DNA of 55,232 nt from Cladosporium halotolerans. Its lineage: Eukaryota. A model generated the notes under the pieces. That model did no database searches. It saw nothing but the letters and a program-made list of their open reading frames with translations, and had not been told where the DNA came from. The position numbers and the translations under genes were made by a program. Positions 22,891-35,800 of the stretch are shown here, in pieces. The stretch's first letter is position 1, and every line of letters starts with the position of its first letter. The DNA is taken from positions 1 through 55,232 of the forward strand of contig NW_027191511.1 of the NCBI RefSeq assembly GCF_011745625.1, given 5' to 3'.

Positions 22891-24903
22891 ATGAGCTTGC
22901 AATACGCCTACTTGCCGCCACCATCACAGTGCAATCCTCTGCGTACACTGCACATCTTTTCTCTCGTGCTAGTAAATTTCCTGCACCACTGCCCCTCAAC
23001 AGATATGACGGTAGAGTGGGAGACTGGCTGTCACACGCTCGGGCGTCAGAGGCTGGTTGCCAGCATGACCGCAAGCATCTCCGACCGGCTCCCTACGGTT
23101 CTGAGCGCCGTCCTGCAATCACATCAAATCACGCCCGGTGAACCTTTCCGTCTTCAGTGCCAGCTTTCCATTGATGCCCTGGCCAGTGCTACAGGTCACA
23201 AAACAGCATCGATACCTGTGGCATCATTTGATATCGGGCATCAACTCTCGCCGCCTCTGCAAGGATCGCAGGTGGGAAGCATCCATCAGACGAACGCTTC
23301 CAGCCCTCCATTCTCGGAGCCTCCTGTCGAGCAGTTGATTGATAAAGGGGCCTCCCGCCCGAACACCGACCATCTCCCTTTAACGAAGACTCGAAAGCGT
23401 GGCCGCTCAGCAATAGAAGCAGCCGAGGAAAGCACGCCTGCACGACAGACCAAGAAATCAAGGCAACAGACGCTCTCCACACACAACACTGCCCCACAAG
23501 AGGTGTCCTTGAAGTCAAACGACGGTGCGTTGGACAAGCTGATCACTGGCGTTTGGCAAGCTCTCTTTTCGGACACCAAACTCGATCCCAGCGAATTCTC
23601 AATATATGTTCAGACAATAGCGAACTCTGAAGAGCTTAAGCTTCTCGCCGGCTCCGAAATAGAGGAAGCTGATATCACGACGGGCGACAGCACTGTTGCT
23701 GCGCGGAGCCTCTTCAGTCGTGTCAATCTGATTGCCCGAAGAGTCAGTCAGACGAGCAGATTCTGCCGCGCGCTGGAGGTTAGCGTCCAAGCACGTTGGG
23801 TGCAATGCTTCGATGACCGCGTCCAAGTGCTATCGCGGTCCCACACGCCAGAGGTAGCCAAGAAGATGACAATGGGTGAGGCCTGTTCCGACTTTGGCTG
23901 GTCTGAGAAAGAATTGCGGAACAAAATGTGCATCTGGCGCGGTTATCAGCACATCGCAAAATGCGGAGGGTACGTCACCCTCATATTTGCAGGACCTGGG
24001 CTATATAGGTTTTGCAAGTACCGACTTTCCTTCGACGACAAAACTTTCGCGGCACTCCACGGCTTACGAGCGGCATTTGAAGTCGCGGCGGACACTTTGC
24101 AGCCTTGCTGGAGGCGTGTACTGGGATTCCTGGGCATGTCACAGGAGCGGAAGTATACAGGGCATCTGCACGATTGGGTCATTCGCGGGCCTGGCAATGA
24201 GCCTGTTCCGCTTGCGACCACGTACCATCAGTGGGACAGGAATTTTTCGTACCGCCATATCGAGGGTAGCGTCATTGACCAGGACGCATGGGGCGATCAC
24301 GATCCTCGAAGTACATGTCGGCCTGGTGCGTCAGAAGCGCTAAGCTGCGAAGTCTGTCATGCACGTCAATCTGATGACAGCACTCAGAACGGCTGTAGGT
24401 GCTTTCCTGCCTTGTATGGTCATTCGCACGCAAGATTGCCGCCGGTCCAGATTATCCAAACGTCCAGCGGCAAAAACAACGGGCTCTTCGCATGTCTACC
24501 CTTCGAAGCAGGTGAGGCAGTGGGAGAATTCGTCGGCGAGCTCACCACTGGCATCACAGGCCTGGACGTCATGTTTGGCCAGACAGAGGATGCGTCTTAC
24601 CAAATTTGGCAAGGAAGGTCAGGAAACTACACACGTTTCGTGAACCACTCGTGCAAGCCGAATGCGCAATATGAACACTTCAACTGGCGTGGTACGCAGC
24701 GCATAGTGCTTGTCTCGCAAGGGATTAAAGCGAGTGACGAAATAACAGTCGATTATTCTGACGTGTATTGGAAGGTCAGTCCGTCCAAAATACTTTATGT
24801 CTCCTGTGGTAGAGCTTGACGATCTTACTGACTTCTACGCCAGGACTTACGCAAGAAATGTCTTTGTGGCCAGACTGAGTGTAGGTATCGAGATCGCGCA
24901 TAG
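22891..24903 (+). CDS. SET-domain protein with post-SET Cys cluster (start 22891 or 23005)
   Basis: NNGLFA..GEFVGEL, GNYTRFVNHSCKPN, EITVDYS. Intron 24775-24843 followed by CLCGQTECRY*. Confidence 0.88.
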
Positions 24904-26069
24904 TAGCCACCATTCCAAATGCTTCGACTAGGCGGTAGCTTCATATGCCTGACAAACGCGTAACTCTAGTGCCCTACTCTAGTCTTGGCTTACAGCATGA
25001 TTTGGGCGCATCAACCGTCAGTGGCCACGCACATTGCCTGATTCCGCCACATATCCCATGTCCGATCAGGTGGCCTCCAACTGGGACGTGAAGCACCCTC
25101 ACTGCATCTGCCGTTGGCTACACCATCGATGCTGGGCCCCGGGATTTTTTCCTTTTTCAAATCATACTGCATTCAAGCTATATAGCTTATGGCACGTCGG
25201 CTATCTTCACGACGATTTCTATGGCTTTGGTATGTGCTCTCGCGTTGGTTTTCTCCCGTACAATCCTGCTCGCTGTCCCTCCTTCAGCAAGGCGCCACGG
25301 CATTTGGGCTCAATGCCCTCCTACTGGTTCTCGCGTGTGGCCACAACTACTGGCCCTCAATCCCTGCTCTCTCCATCATTCCGACATCCTTCTCGTGTTA
25401 CAGGCTGGACGTCTCCATTGACGGAGGCGTACGCTGTCTTGTCCATACTGTTTCCCCCTGGGGCTCACCAGTCGAGGCTGGAAATAAGCCCCAGAGTTGA
25501 ATTCCTTGCTGTGCGCCCCTCCGACTCTTCCGCTGAAGGTGAAAGGGGCTTGTTCTCACTTGTGTGCTGACGCAAAGCGTCTGCTGTGCTTGTCTTTGTC
25601 CAGCAGCCCGTCGAGCCCATTGGGTGCTCGCGCTGGGTACTTTGTCCGGTGTGACTCATCTCATCTCATGAGCCTGTGTACTGGTCTTCCTGCGAGGTCG
25701 GGTGGGCTCATCGCGCTCTTGTGTATTTCCTGCGTGTTCTTCCGACTCTTGTTCATCTGTGATGTCGAGTCGGCGTTGTCGTTATTGCTGGCGGCGGTAG
25801 TGAAGTCGTATTGCCTGGGGGTGCGGCGTGCGCGCAGGCCTTGTCGTGTCGTGCAGAGTTTTCCTGACGGCTGGACGATAAGGTGGGCGGCCTCATCGCC
25901 CATGTCGGGCCTCGTCGATGGGGGAGGAGGTAGGCATCGTCAATTGATGACTTCGTGCGAGACTGCCACATGGGCTCATCGCTCTTTGGGTCTTGTGTAG
26001 CGCACTTGGTTTCACTGCATAGCAGCTACTCACACCGGACACCACGTGAAGGTGTGCGCTCTCTGTCCG

Positions 26070-26500
26070 GCGTTGACGCCTTTAGCAAACCCTCGCCCAG
26101 CCGATTACCTCCAGCGGGTCGTCCGATTCCACTTCGGGCTCGTCCACCTCTTCGTTTTCTGCTTTGGTAATCACAGGCATACTCTGCCCCCACAAATCGC
26201 CTGCCCATGCCTACGGCGGTTTTGACGGTAGTCCATAGTGCCCAGCGCGACCCCTAGATCCTCGCCCGACCTCTGCTTCACCACCTTCGTCAGCTTCGTT
26301 GTGTCCCACGGCCTGTTCGCATCGGCCCAAATGTACTCGCTAAGCCCACAGCCGTGGCATATCGCGGCCGAAAGACGCTCCATGAGCGGCTGCATGTAAA
26401 TCAAGTAGATCGTTACCAGTTGTCCAACCCGCCGCGGCATAAATCGGGGAACCGCCTTCGGCACGTCCCACTGTGACATTATTCGGTTATAGGTTATGAT
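26070..26500 (-). pseudogene. Internal fragment of a telomere-linked/RecQ-like helicase (DUF3505-type) gene
   Basis: SQWDVPKAVPRFMPRRVGQLVTIYLIYMQP..SEYIWAD..WDTTKL..LGTMDYRQ, then a frameshift near 26222 into TAVGMGRRFVG; both ends truncated. Confidence 0.7.
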
Positions 26501-26819
26501 GTCTTGAGTGATACTGCGCGATCGTGCTGTCGGGACGCCTGCTACAACTTAGTTGCCCAAGCTCTTGTCGTTGACCATAGTGTAGAGTAACGATTTATGT
26601 TCATGCTGCTGCTCTTTTAGATGTGGAACGGATCCTACCAACCTTGGATCTCAAGATAGACCACAATGATTGATGTCATGATCACAGTTGTCTGCCGTGC
26701 ACGTTCGACCTATTATCACCGAGCGTATGTAACCCTCCGGGACCAGCAGGATACTCGACTAGTTGCATGTCCCAGCCCGCAGCTCTACAATAATAGAATC
26801 TACATGTGTTGTCCCTGTA

Positions 26820-28984
26820 TCACGATTCCGTGTTCGATACGGTGTCTCGAAAGATCGTGCTGCGCGCCTTCACCCAACTTGGATGCGATAGGGATCCTCG
26901 TTTAGCAGCGGATACTCCAAGTCTCCGCCGCTGCGCTTTGCTCCAACGAGGCTGCAGACGTCTCCTTTGCTTTTGGTTGTTGGTGTCGGTCTCTGTATTG
27001 CTACCCTGTTCTTTTGAGACAGGCCGCTGATTTTCCGACCTCAGCGACTCGGTATTTCGTAATTGAGCAGACACCGATTCTGGTCTCGCGACTTGCTTCA
27101 AGCGCACAACATCTAAATCCATCCCTCCATGATTTGCCAATCGCTCTGCCAATCTCGCAGTAGTCCCTGGGTACGGAAAGGCCTCCTCGAACGGCGTTGT
27201 TTCCAATGGCGTTGTCTCGTGACCGTCGGGGGCGAAAACTGCATAAAGTTCCACGGACAACCTTGCCACCATTGCATAGACGTACACATGAAAGGCCGCT
27301 TCGCCATCAGACACAAACGACGCCGACAATGGATGCTCGAAGTGCCCAAACTCTGTGACCTTGTCGACATGCGTGTATGCGAATTCATCATCATTCCATC
27401 CTTCTGTGATCTCATCGTCGGATACTCCAGCCGGCGTGCGAAAGAATGACAGATCGAGCAGCGGAGTGTCTCCCTTCGCAGCAAGAAGCTCCAGGCGGAT
27501 GGGATGTGCTGCTGAAGCTCGGTCTTTCACGGTTTCCGTGTTCCTCACGTCTTGCCCTTGTGTGCAAATTCGGACAACGTCGTTCCAGTCCTGACTGTCT
27601 GCCGCCTCATCTGGATCACTTCTCAACCAGAGCGTCACTGGGACTTCCTTGACCGAAAGTATACTTGGCTCATCTGCGATCCGCATCAAACCTGCGAGAA
27701 CGGCGGTGCTGTCGTGGGCGTTAAGTCGAGCACTTTAGCCTATGCGGATGGCACTTACAAGTGAGCTTCCTCATCCATGTGCACAGTCGCAACAGGGAAC
27801 TTCTCGAGGATAACGGTCTTGAAAGACCTTTCGAACGTAGGGCTCCGTGATCCACCACCAGTCAAAAGCACGTGGAATCCAGATCCTGCCAAAGCAAGTG
27901 CCTGTGCGAGTATCTCTCGTGCGAGGTCAGGTCGGCGCTGATCAAGGTTGCGGTTCGCAGCACTCGCGCTTTCCGTGACCTGCTCTCATTCCTCTTCTGA
28001 AATTCCGTAGCGCGCGGCAATTTTCGTTTCTGGGTTGGGCTTGAACAGCTCGTCGAAGCACGCTGAGACTTCCCAAACGTTTGCTTCGCAAAATTTGGTA
28101 CCGTTCGCCCTGTTGATAGTCCGCACTTTCTCTTCAACTGCCATGTTGATCTCTCCGGCACCAGCAGCATACTCCTTGTATTCATGGACTTTGTACGTTG
28201 GCCCGTCGGCGATCTCCACAAGGCCTACGTTCTAATTGATGTCAGAATTGCGTGGATGAGGGCCAACAAGCTAGCAACGTACCATCGTTGAATGACCGCA
28301 GTTCACCACCACATACACCTGTCCAGCCACCAGCTGGTCCGATCCACTGGAAATACAGCCCACAATACTGCTCAGGCACTCGTCCACGTTTTCGAATGAA
28401 ATGTCAGCCCGAAGGCTATGGAAGCTCAGCATAAGCTCTTGTACGTTGCTGTTGGACCATTGATCGCTGATGTTCACAAGTATCCTGAACGTCTCGTCCG
28501 TTCGCCCAACGACCTCGCTTATCATGTGCCGGAAGAATGCGATGGCTAGATCTTTCGACGTCGTCCCAAGGGCTACTGCTTTCTCCTTCTGCAGCTCTAA
28601 TGTTCGCAGAATCTCGGGGGTTGTCCCTTCATCCATAAAGACGAACTTTGGATACGTAAACATCTCCCAACCAGAAGGGTCCTTCTTCCGAGCCGATACC
28701 GCGGCGTGGCCATGGCGTATGTCTAGTGGTTCGCCGTCTCGCCCCTTTCGGACAGCCGTCAAAGCTGGTATCGCCTCTGCGCCTCCAACACTGCTTGGGC
28801 CAATACCTTGTGCCCATCTCACTAGCTCCCATTGACTTCCCAGCTTCTTAGTCCACGCTTTTCCACTCGACGCGCCGAGCTCGATGACCGCTGTTCATAC
28901 AGCGCTTGCGGCTGTCTCTTGCGATCTGTTCGTTGTCGCTTGCTGCGAAGGTCTTCGACTTTTGACGTACTTGGTGCGCGCCAT
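26820..28984 (-). pseudogene. Hsp70/actin-fold ATPase-like gene, copy 1 (two premature TGA stops)
   Basis: VIELGAS, VRWA, AIPAL, YPKFVF, ENVDECLSSI, VVNCGHST, AGAGEIN, VLLTGGGSRS. Introns 28282-28232 and 27758-27709 are at the same positions as in copy 2. TGA at 28897-28895 and 27988-27986 align to Trp in copy 2. Confidence 0.8.
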
Positions 28985-29132
28985 TAGACCAGCAGTAGCC
29001 TCTACGCTGTGTCAAAGGAATAGTTGGAGATGTTCGAAATGCTGGGCTCTTCGCAGCACGTGGGACGCGTTATGCAGATCACGCGACGTTCATGCAAGTT
29101 GCTATAGGAACCGTGAATGTTTGAGCGACCGA

Positions 29133-29175
29133 CGTCGCCCAGGCGTATCATGCATACTGGCTGCAGCGCGCATAC
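29133..29175. promoter_or_regulatory. Conserved ~40-nt non-coding motif, copy A
   Basis: CGTCGCCCAGGCGTATCATGCATACTGGCTGCAGCGCGCATAC, ~150 bp upstream of ATG 28984; homologs at 39433, 39658 and 47673. Confidence 0.55.
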
Positions 29176-29801
29176 TGGCCACGGTCAGCCATTCCTGACT
29201 TTGCTTGTCATGCTCAACACGGTCAGATGCTCTCCCGTATTCAAATTTGCTGTTTACCTTTTGGTTATTCTCGCAATTGGGAAACATCTATGCAGGAAAA
29301 GCTTGCGGACGTAATGGATTTCCACTTCCCTTTTTGCGAGCGGGCATCTATTTGGCTATTACGGAAAGAAGCCGCACTTCCGCAGATATGCATACATTTG
29401 CAATCTGTTGATCCTTTCCTGCCGGATATTTGCCTCGGCAACTGCAATGAACCATAGAGTATTTGGTAAGTACAAGGAGTGGGGGTATTAGGGTCTGCTG
29501 TGCGGTGACAGAGATTGAGAACGCTTGGAAAGCCACCTTTGAGTGTAATGTTGAGACAGATCAGGTTTAATGCGGGCAGCTAGACCTCGAAGAAGCTGGA
29601 CAACTCTCCTCTATTGTGTGAAACTGTAGACCAAGCAAATATTTGCGCCTTTAACAGCTCAGTTGCAATGCCGAAGAGGCTGTCATTGAGAAGAGATCAG
29701 AAGACCGTGGTAATAAGTTAAGGTAGGCGTTACGACATGGAGTTACTAGGGTTGTACCCGTGGAACTTGAATGACTGAATTGCTTGACGCGAATCAAGCC
29801 A

Positions 29802-30625
29802 CTAGACCAACGAGCTCGATGAGAAAGACATCCATGCTAACTTCAGGTGGTCTCCCGGTCATTCGGGGGTGCGAGGAAACGAAACAGCGGACAGTGCAGC
29901 TCGAGAAGCCTCTAACTTGACGGGCCCACCGACAGTACCGCGGGACAAACGGTTGGGAGAGGCTGAAGGAGTGATGGGCCTCATACGCGACGACATAGAC
30001 CAGGGACACGCTACAGCGAATACATCCAGACTGCCAGGCCAGCATACCGGGAAGATCGACCAAGCACTACCTGGCAAACACACCTTACAGCTCTACGGAG
30101 CACTATCGTCAGATCATACGGCTATATTGATTCAAGCGCGAACCGGCCACTGCCGGTTAAACAAACACCTTTATCAGAAGGGATTGAGGGACAGTGCGCT
30201 ATGCGATTGCGGGAAAGGCGAGGAAACCATCGAGCATGTTATCCTGGCTTGCCCTAACTGGACAGAAGCGCGGAGAGCTCTACGTGCTTCAGTGGGCGAT
30301 CGGTGCAGAGACGTACCTTTCCTCCTCGGAGGTTGGGGAACGAGGAAGGTCGGGCAACCAGACCAGTTCTTAGATGGTCAAAGGGAACAATAGAAGCCAG
30401 ATCTACGCGTTGTCAAAGCAACGATCGAGTTCCTAGAGAAGACTGGCCGACTGACGTATAATTGTGCGTCTGAGGAAGCTAATTAAGTTCGGGAGTTTCA
30501 TCTACCTTCAAAAACATTAGAATGAGTTAAGGCAAAAGGACTTTCATTAAGGGACAAGGGAGAATTTACAGGGACGGCTCATACGGACACCGTGAATAGC
30601 CTGCAGGAGCAAATCAAATCAAATC
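29802..30625 (+). mobile_element. 5'-truncated non-LTR retrotransposon (Tad1-like LINE): RNase H end, CCHC region, 3' UTR, (AAATC)n tail
   Basis: FRWSPGHSGVRGNETAD, QARTGHCRLN, CDCGKGEETIEHVILACP; 3' stem-loop at 30571; candidate TSD AATCAAGCCA (29792) / AATCAAACCA (30622). Confidence 0.9.
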
Positions 30626-31447
30626 AAACCATCGTGCTCTTTTTTACAGCGTTCATCGGCATTTCCAAGGTCAGACGCCACGTCTTTGTAAATCTGCATA
30701 GTATGCTATTGTCTGCGTGGCACGCACCGTGCGCTGGGCATGACCGCACGAATGAGTGAACGAGTAATCGATTCTGCTTCCACAAGCGGCCCACAAGAAC
30801 CATAGCAGCGCCTTCAGTCAGCTCATCGCGACAGCTGAGAGCGGGACTAGAGGCATCTTTTCGGACAGCGGTGTCAGACACGGCCTGCTCGACCCCTTGA
30901 CACCATGGGCTTGCGCCCAAGTATATTGTGTTTGACCAGGCAAGGATAAGGGTAGTGATGACTGGCTTGCAAGCGTGGTGTTGAAAGCAGTACGTCCACG
31001 GTTGTGACCTGCTGCCGAGTGTCGATAGGCATGACCCAAGTTGTTTCTCTACAAATAGCTAACACGAAATGGTTTCCTTATTCTTATCGCATACAGGCAG
31101 CAGGTATGACGTCCTTGACTCGAGGCATACTTATCACCACGACTTACTTAGCCGTACTAGACGACTGCAATAAGTCGCTCCCAAAAATTGCTCGAGCAGA
31201 CGAGCGGCCTAGAATTGACACTTGTGTATCGTTGGTATGTTTCGCTTCTTCAACATCCTCCATTGCAGATTTGACCCCATCCATCGTCCCTCCAGTCTGC
31301 AGGTCATCGAATGGACGATAACACCAAGTACAGAACAGTCAGGGGTTGTCAAGCTCTGCAATTCAAGTACAATTGCCATTATCGGAGTTGCCCTCGAGTT
31401 GCGCAGCATGTATCGGTCTAGTTGCCATAGAACGCCTCAGGATCTTC

Positions 31448-32690
31448 TTAGCTGTCTGTTGCCGCTATAAAGACCTCTGCCAATGCTGTCGACACTGCAC
31501 TAGAGACATAGGTCCCAGGCTGAGCTAACCATTCTGCAAAGAAGTCTGCTTCATAGATTCGTGTGACTTCGTTGATAAAAGGCTGAGCGACATCGCCGCT
31601 CATGGTAACACCCACATCTATTCGAGCCCCAACCTCCAGTGATTCAAAGACCGTGAACCAGTCCGATCTGCTTCGTAGCGTCTCAAAAGCATAGAAGGCA
31701 AAATGCTTGACTTGTTGGATATGTATTCCTTGGTGCGTCTCCGTTGGACCAGGGAAGCTCGCACAAGAGCTCAGAACAGTGACGACAAGCTCTCTGTCAG
31801 CGAGCTCAAGGGTATGCACCACTTCGATAACCTTTCCCTTGCGCCCGCGCGTGGCGGTAATGTCTTTAGCGGTGACGATGAAGACCCGAAACTCGCCGAA
31901 CTGTCGCAAGCCTTTTACGAACTCTTGATGGAACCATCGTTCCATGGTCTGGGCCACTCGTCTTTTGCTTGTTCTGCGCTGGTTCGCTTCGCACTTCAAG
32001 TGCTTTGCCACGTCAACTACTGTGGGGCGCATGATGATATGCTCGCTACCACAGCTGTGGGTCCGCTTCAATACTCCAGCTTCCTTGAGGAGACAGACGG
32101 ACGTGCCATTACACGTGACCGGTCGAAATGACCAACCCGGTGGCGCAAATCGGGCAATTTCGTCTAACGCCCGGATGTCATCGATCTTTGTGAGCACATG
32201 CTCAAGTTCTTTCTGATGAAGGAAACGCACGCAGGAAGCCTGGTTCATAGCCCTTGATAAGTGCGTATATGTCCCTGATGACCGCAGCGTACTTCGCGTC
32301 ATAACGGCGCCAAGCTAGCAACAAAAGTCCCCCTTGCTGTAAAACCGACGAATTCCGCAAAAGCTGCGACTGCATCCACTTGGCAAGCCGAAAATAAACC
32401 TCGCATCTCGACGTATCTGCTAGGATTGCTACAACAGCCCCTAGATCATTTCGGTGTAGACGGTGAAGCTTCACCGAGCTTCGATATGATGGTGTGCTTG
32501 GAAGGGTTAAACACATCGTATCGAGTGAGGTCTCTGTCAGCGCGGCTCACCACGGTTTTATCAACAATCGATCGACTCGTTGCAACAGGCGATACTGTAC
32601 GTACGATCGATCGTTGCAATTGGGGGTGATTCTGCCCCGCAACAGCTCTGCTGTACGCACTGCACTAGGTGACAGACATAATCGTCGAAT
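31448..32690 (-). pseudogene. ATP-grasp-like gene, copy 1 (5'-truncated, frameshifted paralog of 39825-41705)
   Basis: AWRRYD..YEPGFLRAFPS, frameshift near 32210, then GVLKRTHSCGSEH, WFHQEFV, GEFRVFI, LEVGARIDVG, FINEVTRIYEADFFAEWLAQPGT. Confidence 0.8.
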
Positions 32691-32864
32691 GATGCGAGCG
32701 CTCCGGCAGGGTAATACGTCACGGGTTCTGACGTTCGCTACTGCCTAGATTTATAGCAATGTAAAGCTCTCAGATATCTAAATCCTCACAGTAAACTTTG
32801 AACTTTCCTACGTCGAGTCAGAGCTATCACACGATAACAAGGCACTTCTTCCACGAAACCATAT

Positions 32865-35800
32865 CAGTATCTCCGTCATGACCTCGCTTCTCGGCTTCGT
32901 CGAATTCGATGCGTTAGCGGTCGTCGAACCATATATCTACCGGCATCCCTACACAGGTCTACCCACGATAGCACAAGACCGCCGCTGGGAGGTGTTTAGG
33001 CCGATGACTACAAGACCCGATGGACACGCAAGGCATGCTTTTAGAGCAGCGATCTGGGTGAATAGCCGGTGCAGGGCCACATAGATTCAAGCTGATAGCT
33101 ACGATGTAGCAGCAGTACTCGTACAGCTGAAGAGGAGGAGGCTACTGCTAGTCGTCGTGTTACGAAGCTCGAGCAGCAGACACAGAAGCAGAAAGGGAGC
33201 GGGACCTCGCAGCCACGCTTTTGACTTTGAAAACAGTGATACAGAAGTCACAACAAGAAGTAGGGAGGGAGCAGCTTGAGATCATGATCTGTGCAGACCT
33301 CAACAGATACCACGTTTTGTGGGGAGGCTATCACCAAGTGAGGGCAAGGGAAAGGAGAGGCGAGGGGGACGCCATCGTCGACTTTATACAAGAAACGGGC
33401 CTACACTCCCTCCTCCCTGCTGGGATTGTCACATGGGAACACCAATCCATGAACATCACATCTACAGTGGATCTCATCTTAGGCTCTAAGGCCATACAGA
33501 AAGAGCTGGTATACTGCAGGATACACAGCCCAGACCATGGCTCCGATCATAAGCCGATAGAGATCGAGGTCAATGTCAACTCGTCTATGGAAGCATCAGC
33601 CCAGGGCAAACGACTTTATAAGGAAGCGGACTGGAAGGGTATTAGGGAAAAGATCCACAACAAGATTGGAGACGGAAGAGTGCTGTTCCGGACTACCAAT
33701 ACTCACCTTCTAGACTTTGCAGCTTCGTTCTTCACAAGCCAGATCAATGCAGTTCTTGAGGAGGAAGTGCCTCGGGCAAAACCGTCTCCCTACGCCAAGC
33801 GGTGATGGACTCGAGAGCTGTCGACGTTACGGGATGATTTCACTATGAAGCGCAATCGAGTCACAACCTTGAGGCGCCGAGGCGATGACACTACGGGGGT
33901 GAGGCTAGCAGCCCACATGGCGCGAAGATTGTACCATGACGCGATTGACCGACAGAAGAAAGAGCACTGGAAAGAGTTCCTTGACGACCCAGAGAACTTC
34001 TGGAAAGCTGCTAGGTATACGAAAGCAGCGAATGTAGCAGTGGCCGTCCCCGATCTCGTGGTCGGAAACCGAAAGTACTGTACAGACGAGGAGAAGGCGG
34101 ATCTGTTGATGTCTACGTTCTTCCCGGAACCACCCGACCTATCTGAGTCTGAGGAAAGTCAACGACAGAATAGGTGCCGGCGAAATAAGTCGAGCTGGCC
34201 ACTACTGACAAAGCACGAAGTGGAACGAGCCATCTTTCGAAGTAGTCCAGATAAAAGCCCAGGGACCGACGGAATCACTTTCTGAGTCTGGAGGGAACTA
34301 TTGCCAGTGGTGGGAGACCATATCCTATGGCTATACTCCCTTTCTCTCGATCTAGGGCATGTGCCGAAGGAATGGAAGATTGCGAGGATTGTCGCGATTA
34401 GGAAGCCTGGGAAAGCAGACTATACGGTGCCGAAGGCCTTTAGACCGATCTCACTACTGCAGACTCTTGGCAAGGGCCTAGAGGCGGTCGTAGCAGCACG
34501 AATGTCCTACCTGACGGAGAAGCTTCATCTATTGCCAGAGAACCACTTCGGCGGGAGGCCGAGAAGGTCAGCAGAACACGCACTGAACGTCCTAGTTGAG
34601 CGGATATACCAAGCGTGGAGGAAATACAAAATCCTGACCTTGATCTCGTTCGACGTCAAGGGAGCCTTTAATGGAGTCCACTCGGAGGTGCTTATTCAAA
34701 GGCTGAATGACCGCCGTGCGCCAGAGCAAGCCGTTCGGTGGATAGCAGATTTCTGCAAGGGCAGAATAGCAAGAGTTGTAGTAGGGAGATATGAGTCAGA
34801 AGAGAAGAAGATTGACTTCCCAGGCATACCTAAGGGGTCGCCGTTATCACCGCTGTTGTATATCTGGTACAATGCGGATCTTGTCGATCGGAAGATCGAT
34901 ACCAAAGGGGGCGCCTTAGGGTTCATTGATGACTTCAACGCGTGGGTCACAGGGGTGGACGAAGAAGAAACGACGAGGCGCGTCCAGGAAGAGATTATCC
35001 CACACGCGAAACAGTGGGCGAAAGAAAGCGGAGCCATCTTTGAGGCGGACAAGACGTGTCTGTTCCACTTCACAAGGAAGCAACAGCAAGACGACTCCAG
35101 GCCAGTGTCGTTCGACGGGGTCCGAGTCCTTCCGCAGAAGTCGGTCAAAGTCCTTGGATTGACTCTCGATAAGAAGCTGGGGATGGACGAGCATATTGCC
35201 CGAGTCGTCCGAAAAGGGACGCAAGCGTGCTTATCACTGCAAGCTATTAAGGGCATGAGGCCGACACAGCTTCGTCAGCTGTATCGTGCGTGTGTAGTCC
35301 CGATCACGGACTACGCCGCATCGTCGTGGTACGGGCCAGGCAAACCTGGAGTTGTCAGACTCACAAATGCACTTGACAAAGTACAAAAATTGGGTGCTAG
35401 AGTGATACTCAGGGCGTGGAAAAAGGTAGCGCTGCCGGTCTTGGAAGCAGAGGCTTGTCTGGAACCCACCGTGGTACGCCTACTCCGAAAGACGTCGAAA
35501 CATGCAACAAAGGTCCTGTCGCTACCGACGGACAATCCAATAAGGCAAGCTATACCATGCACATTGAACGTAGCCAGACAGAGGTCGCCATTAGACGCCA
35601 CGATCGCCGCTTGCAAGAAATATCTCAAACCGGAGCGGTCGGTAGCTCCGCTAGGAAATCCGGCATGGTTGCATCCACCCTGGATCAGCCACGGATGGAG
35701 AGTAGTTGTCCAGAGTAGGGAAGAAGCGACGAGGGAGACAGGACTGGCTGTGGCAGCTCGAGCCATGTGTCTCTACACAGACGCATCAATTGGAAAACGG

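Noticed and set aside
25034..26000. ORFs 25034-25570 and 25497-26000
   Set aside because: No motifs, non-ATG starts and atypical composition; probably degraded repeat DNA.
32690..32865. LINE insertion as the cause of the ATP-grasp copy 1 truncation
   Set aside because: The LINE appears to have a matching TSD and the missing 5' half is not found beyond it, so the loss was a separate event.
673..34285. UGA-to-Trp recoding as the explanation for in-frame TGAs
   Set aside because: Many intact genes here end in TGA and use TGG for Trp; affected loci also carry frameshifts or motif damage (for example DCG to NCG).
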